Positions 18,200 through 26,314 of a stretch of DNA of 64,000 bases are shown in pieces. Each line of letters opens with the position of its first letter. Position 1 is the first letter of the stretch. The DNA is from Candidatus Micrarchaeota archaeon. Lineage in GTDB: Archaea; Micrarchaeota; Micrarchaeia; Anstonellales; Bilamarchaeaceae. Both the position numbers and the translations under genes were made by a program. The notes under the pieces were generated by a model. The model saw nothing but the letters and a program-made list of their open reading frames with translations. It made no database searches and was not told where the DNA came from. The stretch lies in the NCBI GenBank assembly GCA_032123335.1, contig JAQBFN010000012.1, positions 91 through 64,090 on the forward strand. The letters run 5' to 3'.

Positions 18200-18964
18200 G
18201 TGGAAAGGGAGAAGGTAGCAAAGTCACTGGGAGTACTAGGATTATCGAGGATGGAGGCTGAGGTTTACATATACGTAGCCTCGAACCCAGAGACTACTGC
18301 AGGAGATATAACAAAGAACCTGAGGATAGCCCGCTCGAAGACATATGAGGCGCTCAACAAGCTCACTTCGATGGGGCTTGCTTCCAAAATAAGCAAGGAT
18401 GATGTAAGCAGGTATTACTCTTCCGGGTCGTCCGTGCTAAAAGGAATGTACATGCAGCGGATGGAAGAAGCGGCCAAGGCAATGGACTATATACAAAACA
18501 TGAACATATACATCCCAACAGAAACAAGCGTCAGGACAATCGAGGGGGCAGAAGGGTACAAAATGCTGAAGGAGTCGTTCCTCGCGGACCTGGATAAGGG
18601 GGAAGAGATGCTGATTATCGGTTCCCCTGCAAATGTGGAGGGAATACTCCTGGACTATTTCGAAAAATTCCACCAGAAAAGGATTGAGAAGGGAGTAAAG
18701 CTCAGGATAATGTACAATGCGGATGTTGGGAAAGACAGGATTGATAGAGCGAGACGCTGGAAAAACACGGAAGTGAGGGCGCTCCCGAAAAACAACTCCC
18801 CTGCATGGGTGGAGATATATGGAAACCGGGTTATTATCCCCCTGATCTCGGACAAGATTATCGCAATTGCAATAACGGATAAATCAATGGCGACAAGCTT
18901 CAGGAATTATTTTGAGCTCCTATGGAAGAGCACGAAGGAATTCCCAAAGAAGAAAAAACGCTAG
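18200..18964 (+). CDS. TrmB-family transcriptional regulator
   Basis: N-terminal winged helix-turn-helix LGVLGLSRMEAEVYIYVASNPETTAGDITKNLRIARSKTYEALNKLTSMGLASK. The start is uncertain (GTG at 18191 or 18200). The ORF-track TTG at 18125 lies upstream of the TATA element. Confidence 0.7.
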   Translation: MEREKVAKSLGVLGLSRMEAEVYIYVASNPETTAGDITKNLRIARSKTYEALNKLTSMGLASKISKDDVSRYYSSGSSVLKGMYMQRMEEAAKAMDYIQNMNIYIPTETSVRTIEGAEGYKMLKESFLADLDKGEEMLIIGSPANVEGILLDYFEKFHQKRIEKGVKLRIMYNADVGKDRIDRARRWKNTEVRALPKNNSPAWVEIYGNRVIIPLISDKIIAIAITDKSMATSFRNYFELLWKSTKEFPKKKKR

Positions 18965-19998
18965 TAGATTATGTCCTTGAGCTTCTTTTTATTGAATGCA
19001 TCCTTCAGCTCTTCAGCAATCCTCATTCCTGTGGTGTAATCCTTTCCATGTGTATAAAGGGAGTAGGGGGTTTCCAGGATGTTTGTGCCTGCAACTATAC
19101 GTGCAGAGATTTCGAATGAGTAGATCTCCAGCTCATCGGTTACGATTGTTTCTACGCAGAACGGGCCGTGTATCCCTCCGAATAAATCTTTGGAGGAATT
19201 GCAGACCCCTCTGGCCATTTCCATGTACTGTGGAAGGAGGGATTCCCTCAGGACGAGGGACTGGTTGCCCATTACTGTGAAGGAGATTGGGATATTTGCG
19301 CCCACGGAAAGCTGGCGCGCAATTTCATCCGCATTTGTTTCCATCCTGCGGTCTATTCCCATCATTTCCACTTTTCCGTAGGAAGTTTTGTATCCGGCTT
19401 CCCCATCAAAGGAATGGAAGTAGTGCATGTAGGCACGAACACCAACAATGAATTCCTGTATCATGGTTTTTGCGCCTTCTTTTACTTTGGAGTGGTACTC
19501 TTCAGGGCTGTTTACTACCATGTACCCCCTTCCGCCTTTTGCCCCGGGGAACTTTACAATTGCGGGGCCATCTATTTCGTCGGGCTTGAGCAGCCTTGGC
19601 GCCTTCAGGCCGGATTTTTCCATCCACTCAAACATCTTGTCCCTGCTTTTCTCGTAAATAAGCGAGCTCCGGTTTCCGAAAATCGGGACTGAAAGGTCTT
19701 CAATCCCGTCTCCTGTGTACTCAACAAGGGAGCCATGGGGAATGAGGATTGCTTCTTTTTCCAGGAGCTCATCTACAGGGAGCGTAGAATAATCATCCAC
19801 CATGATGAATTCATCAGGCTTTGCATAAGGAAAGGATTCGTAGAGCTCCCGGGATTTTTCTGTGCAGATTCCTATTGTCTTTACTCCGTACTGCTTTGCG
19901 CCGTTGAAAATTTGGAGGGCAGAATGCGAGCAGATTGTCGCTATCTTAAAATCTTTGTATGAATCTAGAATCTGGTCTATTTTTTCCTTTGCAAACAT
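18961..19998 (-). CDS. purP: PurP-family ATP-grasp enzyme (FAICAR synthetase family), paralogue 1
   Basis: N-terminus KIATICSHSALQIFNGAKQYGVKTIGIC with an ATP-grasp core. It is collinear with the second copy at 53440..54543. Confidence 0.75.
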   Translation of the reverse strand: MFAKEKIDQILDSYKDFKIATICSHSALQIFNGAKQYGVKTIGICTEKSRELYESFPYAKPDEFIMVDDYSTLPVDELLEKEAILIPHGSLVEYTGDGIEDLSVPIFGNRSSLIYEKSRDKMFEWMEKSGLKAPRLLKPDEIDGPAIVKFPGAKGGRGYMVVNSPEEYHSKVKEGAKTMIQEFIVGVRAYMHYFHSFDGEAGYKTSYGKVEMMGIDRRMETNADEIARQLSVGANIPISFTVMGNQSLVLRESLLPQYMEMARGVCNSSKDLFGGIHGPFCVETIVTDELEIYSFEISARIVAGTNILETPYSLYTHGKDYTTGMRIAEELKDAFNKKKLKDIIY

Positions 19999-20042
19999 AG
20001 GAGTATTACTATGAGAAAAGAATAAAAGGAAATGGGATAAGC

Positions 20043-21773
20043 CTAGTGCTTTTCCCTGAATTTCTTGTATTTCCCTGCTTCAAGCTTTCCGTGGCCTGCC
20101 CCCTGCGGCTTCTTCGGGAAAAACAGGATTGCGGCTGCAACTATTGCAAGCACGATGATGAAGCCTGCGCCCGCAAGGAGAATTGTGTTGTAATCCATCT
20201 GCTGCTGGGGCTCCTCCGGAGGAACATAGGGTTCCTTTGCAGGTTCAGGCTCCGGCTCTGGCTCGGGTTCTGCTTCCGGCTCTGGTTCTGGTTCGGGAAT
20301 CTCGCTTATTATCTCGGGCTCCGGCTCTGGCTCGGGGGGAGCAGATACTGCAATTGCACGCTGGGATGTTATTTCATTGTACTTGGCTTGAATTACGAAT
20401 GCGCCTTCCGTTGGGATTGGAAATGTGAGGGTGCCCTGGGAGTTCGTGTATCCTGCGAGCACAGGTGCGGAGGGGTCATCGAAATAGTAGATTGCAGTAT
20501 TTCCAAGAACATCTCCATCCTGGTCCCTTGCTTCCACAGTGATTTCCTCCCCTGTTTCAGCAAAGGAGGGCGCTTCAAGGACTATGATTATTACGTACCT
20601 GTCGGCATCGGATCTGGGGGGTTTTTCCCCAAGTGCATAGGAACCATTGAAATCTGCAACGGTAAATGAGAAAACACCTGGGGAGGATTCCACGGGAACC
20701 GGCTCTGCAAGCGCAACCCCTTCCTGGAGGATTGTGCTGCGCGAGGTTTGGGCTGAATCTGCCTGGAAAACTGCCGTATCATTCTCGGCGTTGGGATCAT
20801 CAAGCCAAACGGTCACATCCTCAAGAACAAGGTGTATGTATTCCTGGGGTTCGATTGCAATCATGTCATTGGAACTGCGAACATTGGAATCATTGAAATA
20901 GTAAAACTTGGTTGTGGTAAAGGGCTTGCGGGAAGCGAATTCCCTGAAATGCATGGAGCCTGGAGTCCCTTCATCACCGAGTAAAAGGCGGATGAAAGTG
21001 AATGCGTTGCTCTGGGTTGCAAAATAATTGGGCTGGTTATAGATGTGGTTGTCTTCAAAAGAGTTCTGGGACTCCCTTATCATGAATGCATAGCCTGCGT
21101 TTGTATGGAACGTGTTTTCCCTCATCATGGCGGATGCGCCGTAAAGGTCGATGGGAGTAACCAGGGAATGGAAAGTGTTTCCGGAAATTACGGTATCGCT
21201 GCAGATTCCTTCTGTGTAAATCCCATACACGGAATCAGTGAATTCGCTGGAATCAACCAGGGAATCCTTGGTGGAAGTGAGGATTACTCCGTAATCCCTG
21301 TTGGAGAAATAGCCATTGGTGAGCTCTCCACGCGTCCAGGTGTTGAACCTTACGCCAACATCGTTGTTGGTTAGCCGGGGGTTTGCGATGTAGGCATCCC
21401 TTCCATTGTGGAGGGAGATTCCTTCTTTGCAGGAATCTATTTCTGCATTTTCTATGTAGATATTCCCGGCATCATCTTCCGCATATATCCCGTGCCCGAA
21501 GAAGCCGATTTTGCAGTCGTTTATGTAAATATTTTTTTCTCCGGTATGTATTCTGATTGCAGTGGAGGGGTAGCTGCCCATTATTCTGTGCTCGCCGCAA
21601 TTTACGGTAACGCTGCTTGCATCTATTTGGATGCAGCTGGAATCCCCAGTGTATTCAATATCCGAGACAAGTGTATACGAGCCGGATTCAGAGATCGTGA
21701 TGCAGTGGTCAAAATACTCAACCACGGCAAAAATGCTTCCCAATAATACCAATAATATCATTATGCTTCGCAT
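20043..21773 (-). CDS. Surface protein: signal peptide, right-handed beta-helix region, Pro-Glu linker and C-terminal TM anchor
   Basis: Starts MRSIMILLVLLGSIFAVV. It has NosD/pectate-lyase-like repeats (ITISESG..., IYIENAEIDSCKEGISLHNG, ANPRLTNNDVGV). A PEPEPEPE linker precedes the C-terminal LLAGAGFIIVLAIVAAAILFF helix and a KK-rich tail. Confidence 0.7.
   Translation of the reverse strand: MRSIMILLVLLGSIFAVVEYFDHCITISESGSYTLVSDIEYTGDSSCIQIDASSVTVNCGEHRIMGSYPSTAIRIHTGEKNIYINDCKIGFFGHGIYAEDDAGNIYIENAEIDSCKEGISLHNGRDAYIANPRLTNNDVGVRFNTWTRGELTNGYFSNRDYGVILTSTKDSLVDSSEFTDSVYGIYTEGICSDTVISGNTFHSLVTPIDLYGASAMMRENTFHTNAGYAFMIRESQNSFEDNHIYNQPNYFATQSNAFTFIRLLLGDEGTPGSMHFREFASRKPFTTTKFYYFNDSNVRSSNDMIAIEPQEYIHLVLEDVTVWLDDPNAENDTAVFQADSAQTSRSTILQEGVALAEPVPVESSPGVFSFTVADFNGSYALGEKPPRSDADRYVIIIVLEAPSFAETGEEITVEARDQDGDVLGNTAIYYFDDPSAPVLAGYTNSQGTLTFPIPTEGAFVIQAKYNEITSQRAIAVSAPPEPEPEPEIISEIPEPEPEPEAEPEPEPEPEPAKEPYVPPEEPQQQMDYNTILLAGAGFIIVLAIVAAAILFFPKKPQGAGHGKLEAGKYKKFREKH
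20241..20338 (-). repeat. Coding (Pro-Glu)n low-complexity repeat
   Basis: ggctccggctctggctcggg-type dinucleotide-codon repeats encoding EPEPEPEP. Confidence 0.8.
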
Positions 21774-21814
21774 AGGTCCCACACCTAGGGGAAATCGGAG
21801 AAAAGAGTTAAATT

Positions 21815-21861
21815 GCTTGTTATCAGGAAAAAGAAGAAAAAGAAGAGGGGTTTGGAACCCC
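21815..21861 (-). terminator. Hairpin plus T-rich tract immediately 3' of the stop codon of the 21862..24141 gene
   Basis: ggggtt-tgg-aacccc forms a 6-bp stem at 21847-21861. On the minus strand it is followed by tcttctttttcttctttttcc. Confidence 0.35.
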
Positions 21862-24141
21862 TTATTCCATAGTCAAATCTTCCCCATCCGTGCCTTCAAG
21901 GCCAGGGCAGTCTGTTTCCCAGGGCTGTACGCACTCCTTAAGGGGTTCACACCAAACATAGCCAGCAGAAGCTTTGCAGCCATGCTCATCTGTGTCTCCT
22001 CCAGTCTCGGGACCGGGGCCCTCAGCAGGGGGGCAGTCAGTCTCCCAGGACTTTATGCACTCCTTGAGGGTTTCGCACCATGTGTAACCGGCTGAAGCTT
22101 TGCAGCCATGCTCATCTGTGTCTCCTCCAGTCTGGGGTCCAGGGTCGAATGGCTCATCTCCAGGGATGACTGCAGTCACGGTATCGGAGTTAGGCCCTTC
22201 ATTTCCTGCGCTGTCAACTGCCGTTACATAGTATGCGTAGGTGTAGCCTTTAGCCAATCCTGAATCCTGCCAGGTTGTGGTCCTTGTGCTTCCGGCTTTT
22301 GCGAAGAGTCCGAAATCCGTGTTGCTGCGGTAGATATCATACTCGGAGATATCTCCTGAGACTCTTGACCAGCTCAAGTGCACTACATCGTTCCTGTCAA
22401 CAGTTGCGCGGAGGTTTGTAACCGGTCCGGGTGGGCTGGTGTCCAGGTAAATGGATGCAGACGCAGATTCCTTTCCATAGTCATTCTTGCACTGGTAGCT
22501 GACCGTTTTCTTTCCGCTTCCGGAAGTAAGGGTCCATGACATGCTGGTTGTGTAATCATCGTACGATGTCCAGCTGCCTCCACTGTTCTGGAATCTGCAT
22601 GCATCAGCATTGGTTGCACGGAGGGTGAGGGTTACATCCGCGCTGCTTGTGTGCGAAGCACCGTTGTTTATCTTGATGCTCATGCTCGATGGCGGCACTG
22701 GCTCCTTCTTGGAGTACGTTATGTCTGCGGAAGCTGTACCAAGGTCACCTCCATTGGCGTTCTTGCAGTTGTAGTAGACAGTTTTGTCTCCTTCACCTGA
22801 AGAAAGGGTCCAGTATTTCTTGGTTGTGTACGAGCTCCATCCGCTCCAGTCACTACCATACTCGTTCCTGTACCTGCACTGGGATGCAGAGTAGGTATAG
22901 AGGCCGAGCTTCACGTCCCTTGTGTTGGTCCAGTCATCCCCATTGTCGATTTCTATGGAGATTTTGTCTCCCTTGTGGGTGTCCAGGATTACTGAGTCTG
23001 AGGTGGTTTCAGAAAGCTGGCCTTCAGAGCTCTTGCACTCCACATAAACGGTTTTTGTGCCGTCTCCGGAGCTGAGCGTCCAGTGGGTTTCCTGGACATA
23101 TGGAACCCAGTTGTTCCATGCCATATTCTCGTTTGAGAACCTGCATTCTACTGCATTGTCAGCCATTACATCCAGGGTTACGTAGGTGCTGCTTACGTAT
23201 CCTGATCCGCTTTCAATGTGGAGTTCCACTCCTGAAGGGGTTGACCCCACAATAAAGCTTACTGATTCTTTTGCAGTGTTTGCGCCATCATTACAATTTA
23301 TTGTAAGTGTGTGGCTCCCTGCCTTTGCATTTATTGTCATGCTGTCTTCTGTTCCAACATCCAGGGTCCCAATTGCGATTGCTGCACCATCCACATCACC
23401 TGTGCAGGTAATTGTGGAGGACATCGGGTCGGTAACCGTGAACTTCAGCTGGAACTGTGTTGCATAGGTCTGTCCGCTCTGGGGCGAAGAGATTGAGATG
23501 CTCGGGCCGGTTGTGTCCAGCTCGATGGTTGCACTTACAGAGTTTGCTTCGTTTCCGTGCGCATCCTTGCATGTGTAGTAGACATCTTTCATTCCATCCC
23601 CGGATGAGAGCTGCCAGTTCATTGAAGTTGTGTAGGCTGCCCAGTCGCTCCAGGTAACCTTGTCATTGGAAACCCTGCACTCGGATGAGGTCTGCGCTGA
23701 AAGCGTAAGCGTAACATCCCTTGAGTTTGTGTGCGTGGCTCCATTGTTAATCTGGACTGAGAGGCCGCTTGGCGGGTTCACATCAGTGGATGCGCTCGCC
23801 TGCTCTGTGTTAGTGCCTTCAGTTCCGCCCGAGGTCATTGAGCGGACTGTGTAGTAATATACTACGCTGCTCTCCACGTTTGAGTCCATGTAAGAAGTGG
23901 AGGTGATCAGCACCGCGTTGATTTTGACCCCGAGATCCCCTGCGGCCGTGCTCCGGTAAACATTATATCCGGTAACATCGGCTTTCTGGGATGGGTTCCA
24001 GTTAACTTCAATTCCTCCTGCGACAGCTTTTGCGGTTACTCCGGTATTTTCTGGGCCTCCATTCTGGGGGCACCCGGCAATAAACACAAAGGAAAGCAGT
24101 ACAATTCCTAAGAATATGAGTAGTATGCTCTTGTTTTGCAT
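21862..24141 (-). CDS. Large modular surface protein (lipobox-like signal, 2 FN3-like, 4 repeated beta-domains, 2 Cys-rich C-terminal modules)
   Basis: The start at 24141 gives MQNKSILLIFLGIVLLSFVFIAGCPQ. Four ~90-aa repeats follow the pattern INNGA.HT.S.DVTLTL.A....CR..N....WS.W..YTTS..W.LSSG.G.K.VYY.CK. FN3-like modules lie at both ends. TGGDTDEHGCKASAGY.WCE.LKEC...WETDCP occurs twice. Confidence 0.75.
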   Translation of the reverse strand: MQNKSILLIFLGIVLLSFVFIAGCPQNGGPENTGVTAKAVAGGIEVNWNPSQKADVTGYNVYRSTAAGDLGVKINAVLITSTSYMDSNVESSVVYYYTVRSMTSGGTEGTNTEQASASTDVNPPSGLSVQINNGATHTNSRDVTLTLSAQTSSECRVSNDKVTWSDWAAYTTSMNWQLSSGDGMKDVYYTCKDAHGNEANSVSATIELDTTGPSISISSPQSGQTYATQFQLKFTVTDPMSSTITCTGDVDGAAIAIGTLDVGTEDSMTINAKAGSHTLTINCNDGANTAKESVSFIVGSTPSGVELHIESGSGYVSSTYVTLDVMADNAVECRFSNENMAWNNWVPYVQETHWTLSSGDGTKTVYVECKSSEGQLSETTSDSVILDTHKGDKISIEIDNGDDWTNTRDVKLGLYTYSASQCRYRNEYGSDWSGWSSYTTKKYWTLSSGEGDKTVYYNCKNANGGDLGTASADITYSKKEPVPPSSMSIKINNGASHTSSADVTLTLRATNADACRFQNSGGSWTSYDDYTTSMSWTLTSGSGKKTVSYQCKNDYGKESASASIYLDTSPPGPVTNLRATVDRNDVVHLSWSRVSGDISEYDIYRSNTDFGLFAKAGSTRTTTWQDSGLAKGYTYAYYVTAVDSAGNEGPNSDTVTAVIPGDEPFDPGPQTGGDTDEHGCKASAGYTWCETLKECIKSWETDCPPAEGPGPETGGDTDEHGCKASAGYVWCEPLKECVQPWETDCPGLEGTDGEDLTME
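21868..22133 (-). repeat. Tandem duplication of 126 nt (42 codons) encoding a 4-Cys module
   Basis: aagctttgcagccatgctcatctgtgtctcctccagtct occurs at 21969-22007 and 22095-22133. Confidence 0.85.
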
Positions 24142-24230
24142 TCCCACACCAAACCCTAATACTGGAAGAAGGTATAAATAGGTTTCTGGAATTTGGAGGG
24201 GAACCGAACCTCTGTCCACGATGGAAACCT

Positions 24231-24254
24231 ATTTAAAGAGTTCTATAAATAAAC
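24231..24254 (+). promoter_or_regulatory. Two TATA-like boxes (atttaaag; tataaataaa) upstream of the L3 operon
   Basis: Read directly. They are 65-85 nt upstream of the rpl3 ATG, implying a leader. Confidence 0.4.
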
Positions 24255-24275
24255 AGTCTACTTCTTACATTGACA

Positions 24276-24302
24276 GCGTCCCTTCGTCGGGAAGGGCTAC
24301 GC
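24276..24302 (+). promoter_or_regulatory. Leader hairpin upstream of rpl3
   Basis: GCGT-CCCTTC / loop gtcgg / GAAGGG-(ct)-ACGC, about 10 bp, ending 16 nt before the ATG at 24318. Confidence 0.3.
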
Positions 24303-24317
24303 ACAAGAGGGAGATTT

Positions 24318-25268
24318 ATGACGGATATTTGGAAACCCAGAAAGGGTTCTTTAGCGTTCAGGCCGAGAGGCAGGGCAAAAAGCCAAGTGCCCCGGGTCAG
24401 CCACTGGGCTGAGTCAAGCGAGGCAAGGCTTCTTGGTTTTGCAGGATATAAAGCGGGGATGACACACCTTAGTTTCATCGATGATTCTGAAGGCCCCACA
24501 AGCGGGCAGGAGATTTCCTCCGCAGTAACCGTGATTGAGGTTCCGCCACTTTATGTGTATGGAGTAAGAGGGTACAAAGGCGGGAAAGCTGTGGGCGACA
24601 TGCTTGTGGATGACGCAAGCGTGCTCAAGAAACTCGGAATCAAGAACAAGAAAACAAAGATGGAGTTCACCGAAGAGAATACGGATAATCTTACTGCGCT
24701 TGTGTACACACAGCCGGGCAAGACAGGAATCGGCAAGAAGCATCCGGAAAGGATGGAGCTTGCAGTTGGAGGGTCTGATTTGAAGGAGAAGCTTGAGTAT
24801 GTGAAGGGGATTATGGGCAAGGAGCTCAAGCCCGAGGACATGTTCAAGAGTGGCGAATACGTTGATGTGATTTCCGTTTCCATTGGAAAGGGATGGCAGG
24901 GAACCCACAAGAGGTTCGGAACTGCGCTGCACAGGCCAAAGGCGACGGGGCAGAGAAGGTCTTCCGGTACGCTTGGTGCTTGGCATCCCGCATACATATT
25001 ATATACGGCAAGGAGGGCCGGGCAGCTCGGTTACCATAACCGAACTGAAGTGAATAAGCGCATTATGAAGATAGGGGGGAACATTGACGAAATAAATCCG
25101 AAAGGCGGATTTCCCCAGTATGGTTTTGTGAAGAACAATTATGTTTTATTGAAAGGTTCAGTGCCAGGGCCGGTTAAGAGGCTCATTCGGATAAGGCTGG
25201 GAACCCGTGCACCAGACAAAGTGCAGGAGCCCAAGCTTACTTACGTATCCCTGGAATCAAAGGTGTGA
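24318..25268 (+). CDS. rpl3: Ribosomal protein uL3
   Basis: MTDIWKPRKGSLAFRPRGRA..., then cluster order. Confidence 0.95.
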   Translation: MTDIWKPRKGSLAFRPRGRAKSQVPRVSHWAESSEARLLGFAGYKAGMTHLSFIDDSEGPTSGQEISSAVTVIEVPPLYVYGVRGYKGGKAVGDMLVDDASVLKKLGIKNKKTKMEFTEENTDNLTALVYTQPGKTGIGKKHPERMELAVGGSDLKEKLEYVKGIMGKELKPEDMFKSGEYVDVISVSIGKGWQGTHKRFGTALHRPKATGQRRSSGTLGAWHPAYILYTARRAGQLGYHNRTEVNKRIMKIGGNIDEINPKGGFPQYGFVKNNYVLLKGSVPGPVKRLIRIRLGTRAPDKVQEPKLTYVSLESKV

Positions 25269-25271
25269 TGA

Positions 25272-26051
25272 ATGAAAGCAGACGTTTATACACTCAAGGG
25301 AGCTGCCGGGAAGCAGATAGAGCTTCCAAAGCAGTTTGAAGAAGATATAAGGGCTGAAATAATCAAGAGGGCAGTCCTTTCTGATGAGAGCAGGGACTAC
25401 CAGCCACAAGGTCCGTATAGGTGGGCCGGGACCGAAACTTCTGGAAAATACCGCGGAAGGAAAGGCGATTATGGTTCTTTGAAGAATAAGGGGCAGGCTA
25501 TGCTTCCCAGGGAAGTGAGGCCTAACGGGCTTGCAGGGAAAGTTGTAAGGATTCCTTCCGCAACAAAGGGAAGGAGAGCACACCCCCCTAAGCCGGAGAA
25601 GAAGATTGTTGAGAATATTAACAAGAAAGAGTATAGGAAGGCACTGGTGAGCGCAATTGCGGCAACTGCACACCCTGAGCTTGTAAAAGCAAGGGGGCAT
25701 ATGTATGAGGGTGCTGCACCTCTTGTGTTTGAGGATGCTCTTGAGAAACTAACGAAAACAAAAGAAGTTATTGCTGCACTGAACGGGGTTATCGGAAAGG
25801 ACCTGGACAGGGCAAAGAACGGAAGGAAAGCAAGAAGCGGAGTAAGGTGCAGGAAAGCAGGGACAAAGACCCCAAAGAGCGCACTCATTGTGGTGAGCGG
25901 AGGGGAGATACTCAAATCTGCGAGGAACCTGGCCGGAGTGGACGTGGTTGCTGTGGAGAACCTGAAGGTGAAGCACCTTGCGCCCGGAACACACCCGGGG
26001 AGGCTTACCGTGTACACGGAAGCTGCACTCAAGAAAATTGGGGAGCTGTGA
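25272..26051 (+). CDS. rpl4: Ribosomal protein uL4
   Basis: Sequence and position after L3. Confidence 0.9.
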   Translation: MKADVYTLKGAAGKQIELPKQFEEDIRAEIIKRAVLSDESRDYQPQGPYRWAGTETSGKYRGRKGDYGSLKNKGQAMLPREVRPNGLAGKVVRIPSATKGRRAHPPKPEKKIVENINKKEYRKALVSAIAATAHPELVKARGHMYEGAAPLVFEDALEKLTKTKEVIAALNGVIGKDLDRAKNGRKARSGVRCRKAGTKTPKSALIVVSGGEILKSARNLAGVDVVAVENLKVKHLAPGTHPGRLTVYTEAALKKIGEL

Positions 26052-26056
26052 TTAAG

Positions 26057-26305
26057 ATGATATTGAAGGAACCGGTGAAGACCGAAAAAGCGATTGGGAA
26101 AATCGAATTCGACAATACGATTACTTTCAAGGTAGAGGAGAAGGCCACTAAGAAACAGGTAAAGGACGAAGTGGAAAGGATCTTCAAGGTGAAAGTGAAA
26201 TCAGTGAGGACCTACCTTGCCCCAACAGGTGGAAAGAGGGCAGTGGTTAGAATTGCGGACAGCCATAAGGCGGAGGACATTTCCTCAAAGCTGAAGATGG
26301 CATAG
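26057..26305 (+). CDS. rpl23: Ribosomal protein uL23
   Basis: 82 aa, MILKEPVKTEKAIGKIEFDNTITFKV. Internal ATG of ORF 25847..26305. Confidence 0.9.
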   Translation: MILKEPVKTEKAIGKIEFDNTITFKVEEKATKKQVKDEVERIFKVKVKSVRTYLAPTGGKRAVVRIADSHKAEDISSKLKMA

Positions 26306-26314
26306 GTGATTTGA

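Noticed and set aside
18961-18964. Convergent TrmB-like and PurP genes sharing overlapping stop codons in a CTAG palindrome
   Set aside because: The overlap is real, but it is a trivial consequence of genome compaction. The same is true of the 8-nt overlap at 4264-4271 and the 3-nt porB/infB gap. None of these is treated as a regulatory feature.
20241-20338. Short regularly spaced repeats (ggctc(c/t)gg units) that could suggest a CRISPR-like or microsatellite locus
   Set aside because: They have 6-nt periodicity and sit in frame within a long ORF, encoding a (Pro-Glu)n linker. There are no spacers and no leader.
24270-24317. Upstream start for rpl3 as given in the ORF track (332 aa)
   Set aside because: The extension covers the leader hairpin and lies downstream of the TATA boxes. 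The conserved L3 N-terminus (KPRKGSLAF) begins right after the ATG at 24318.
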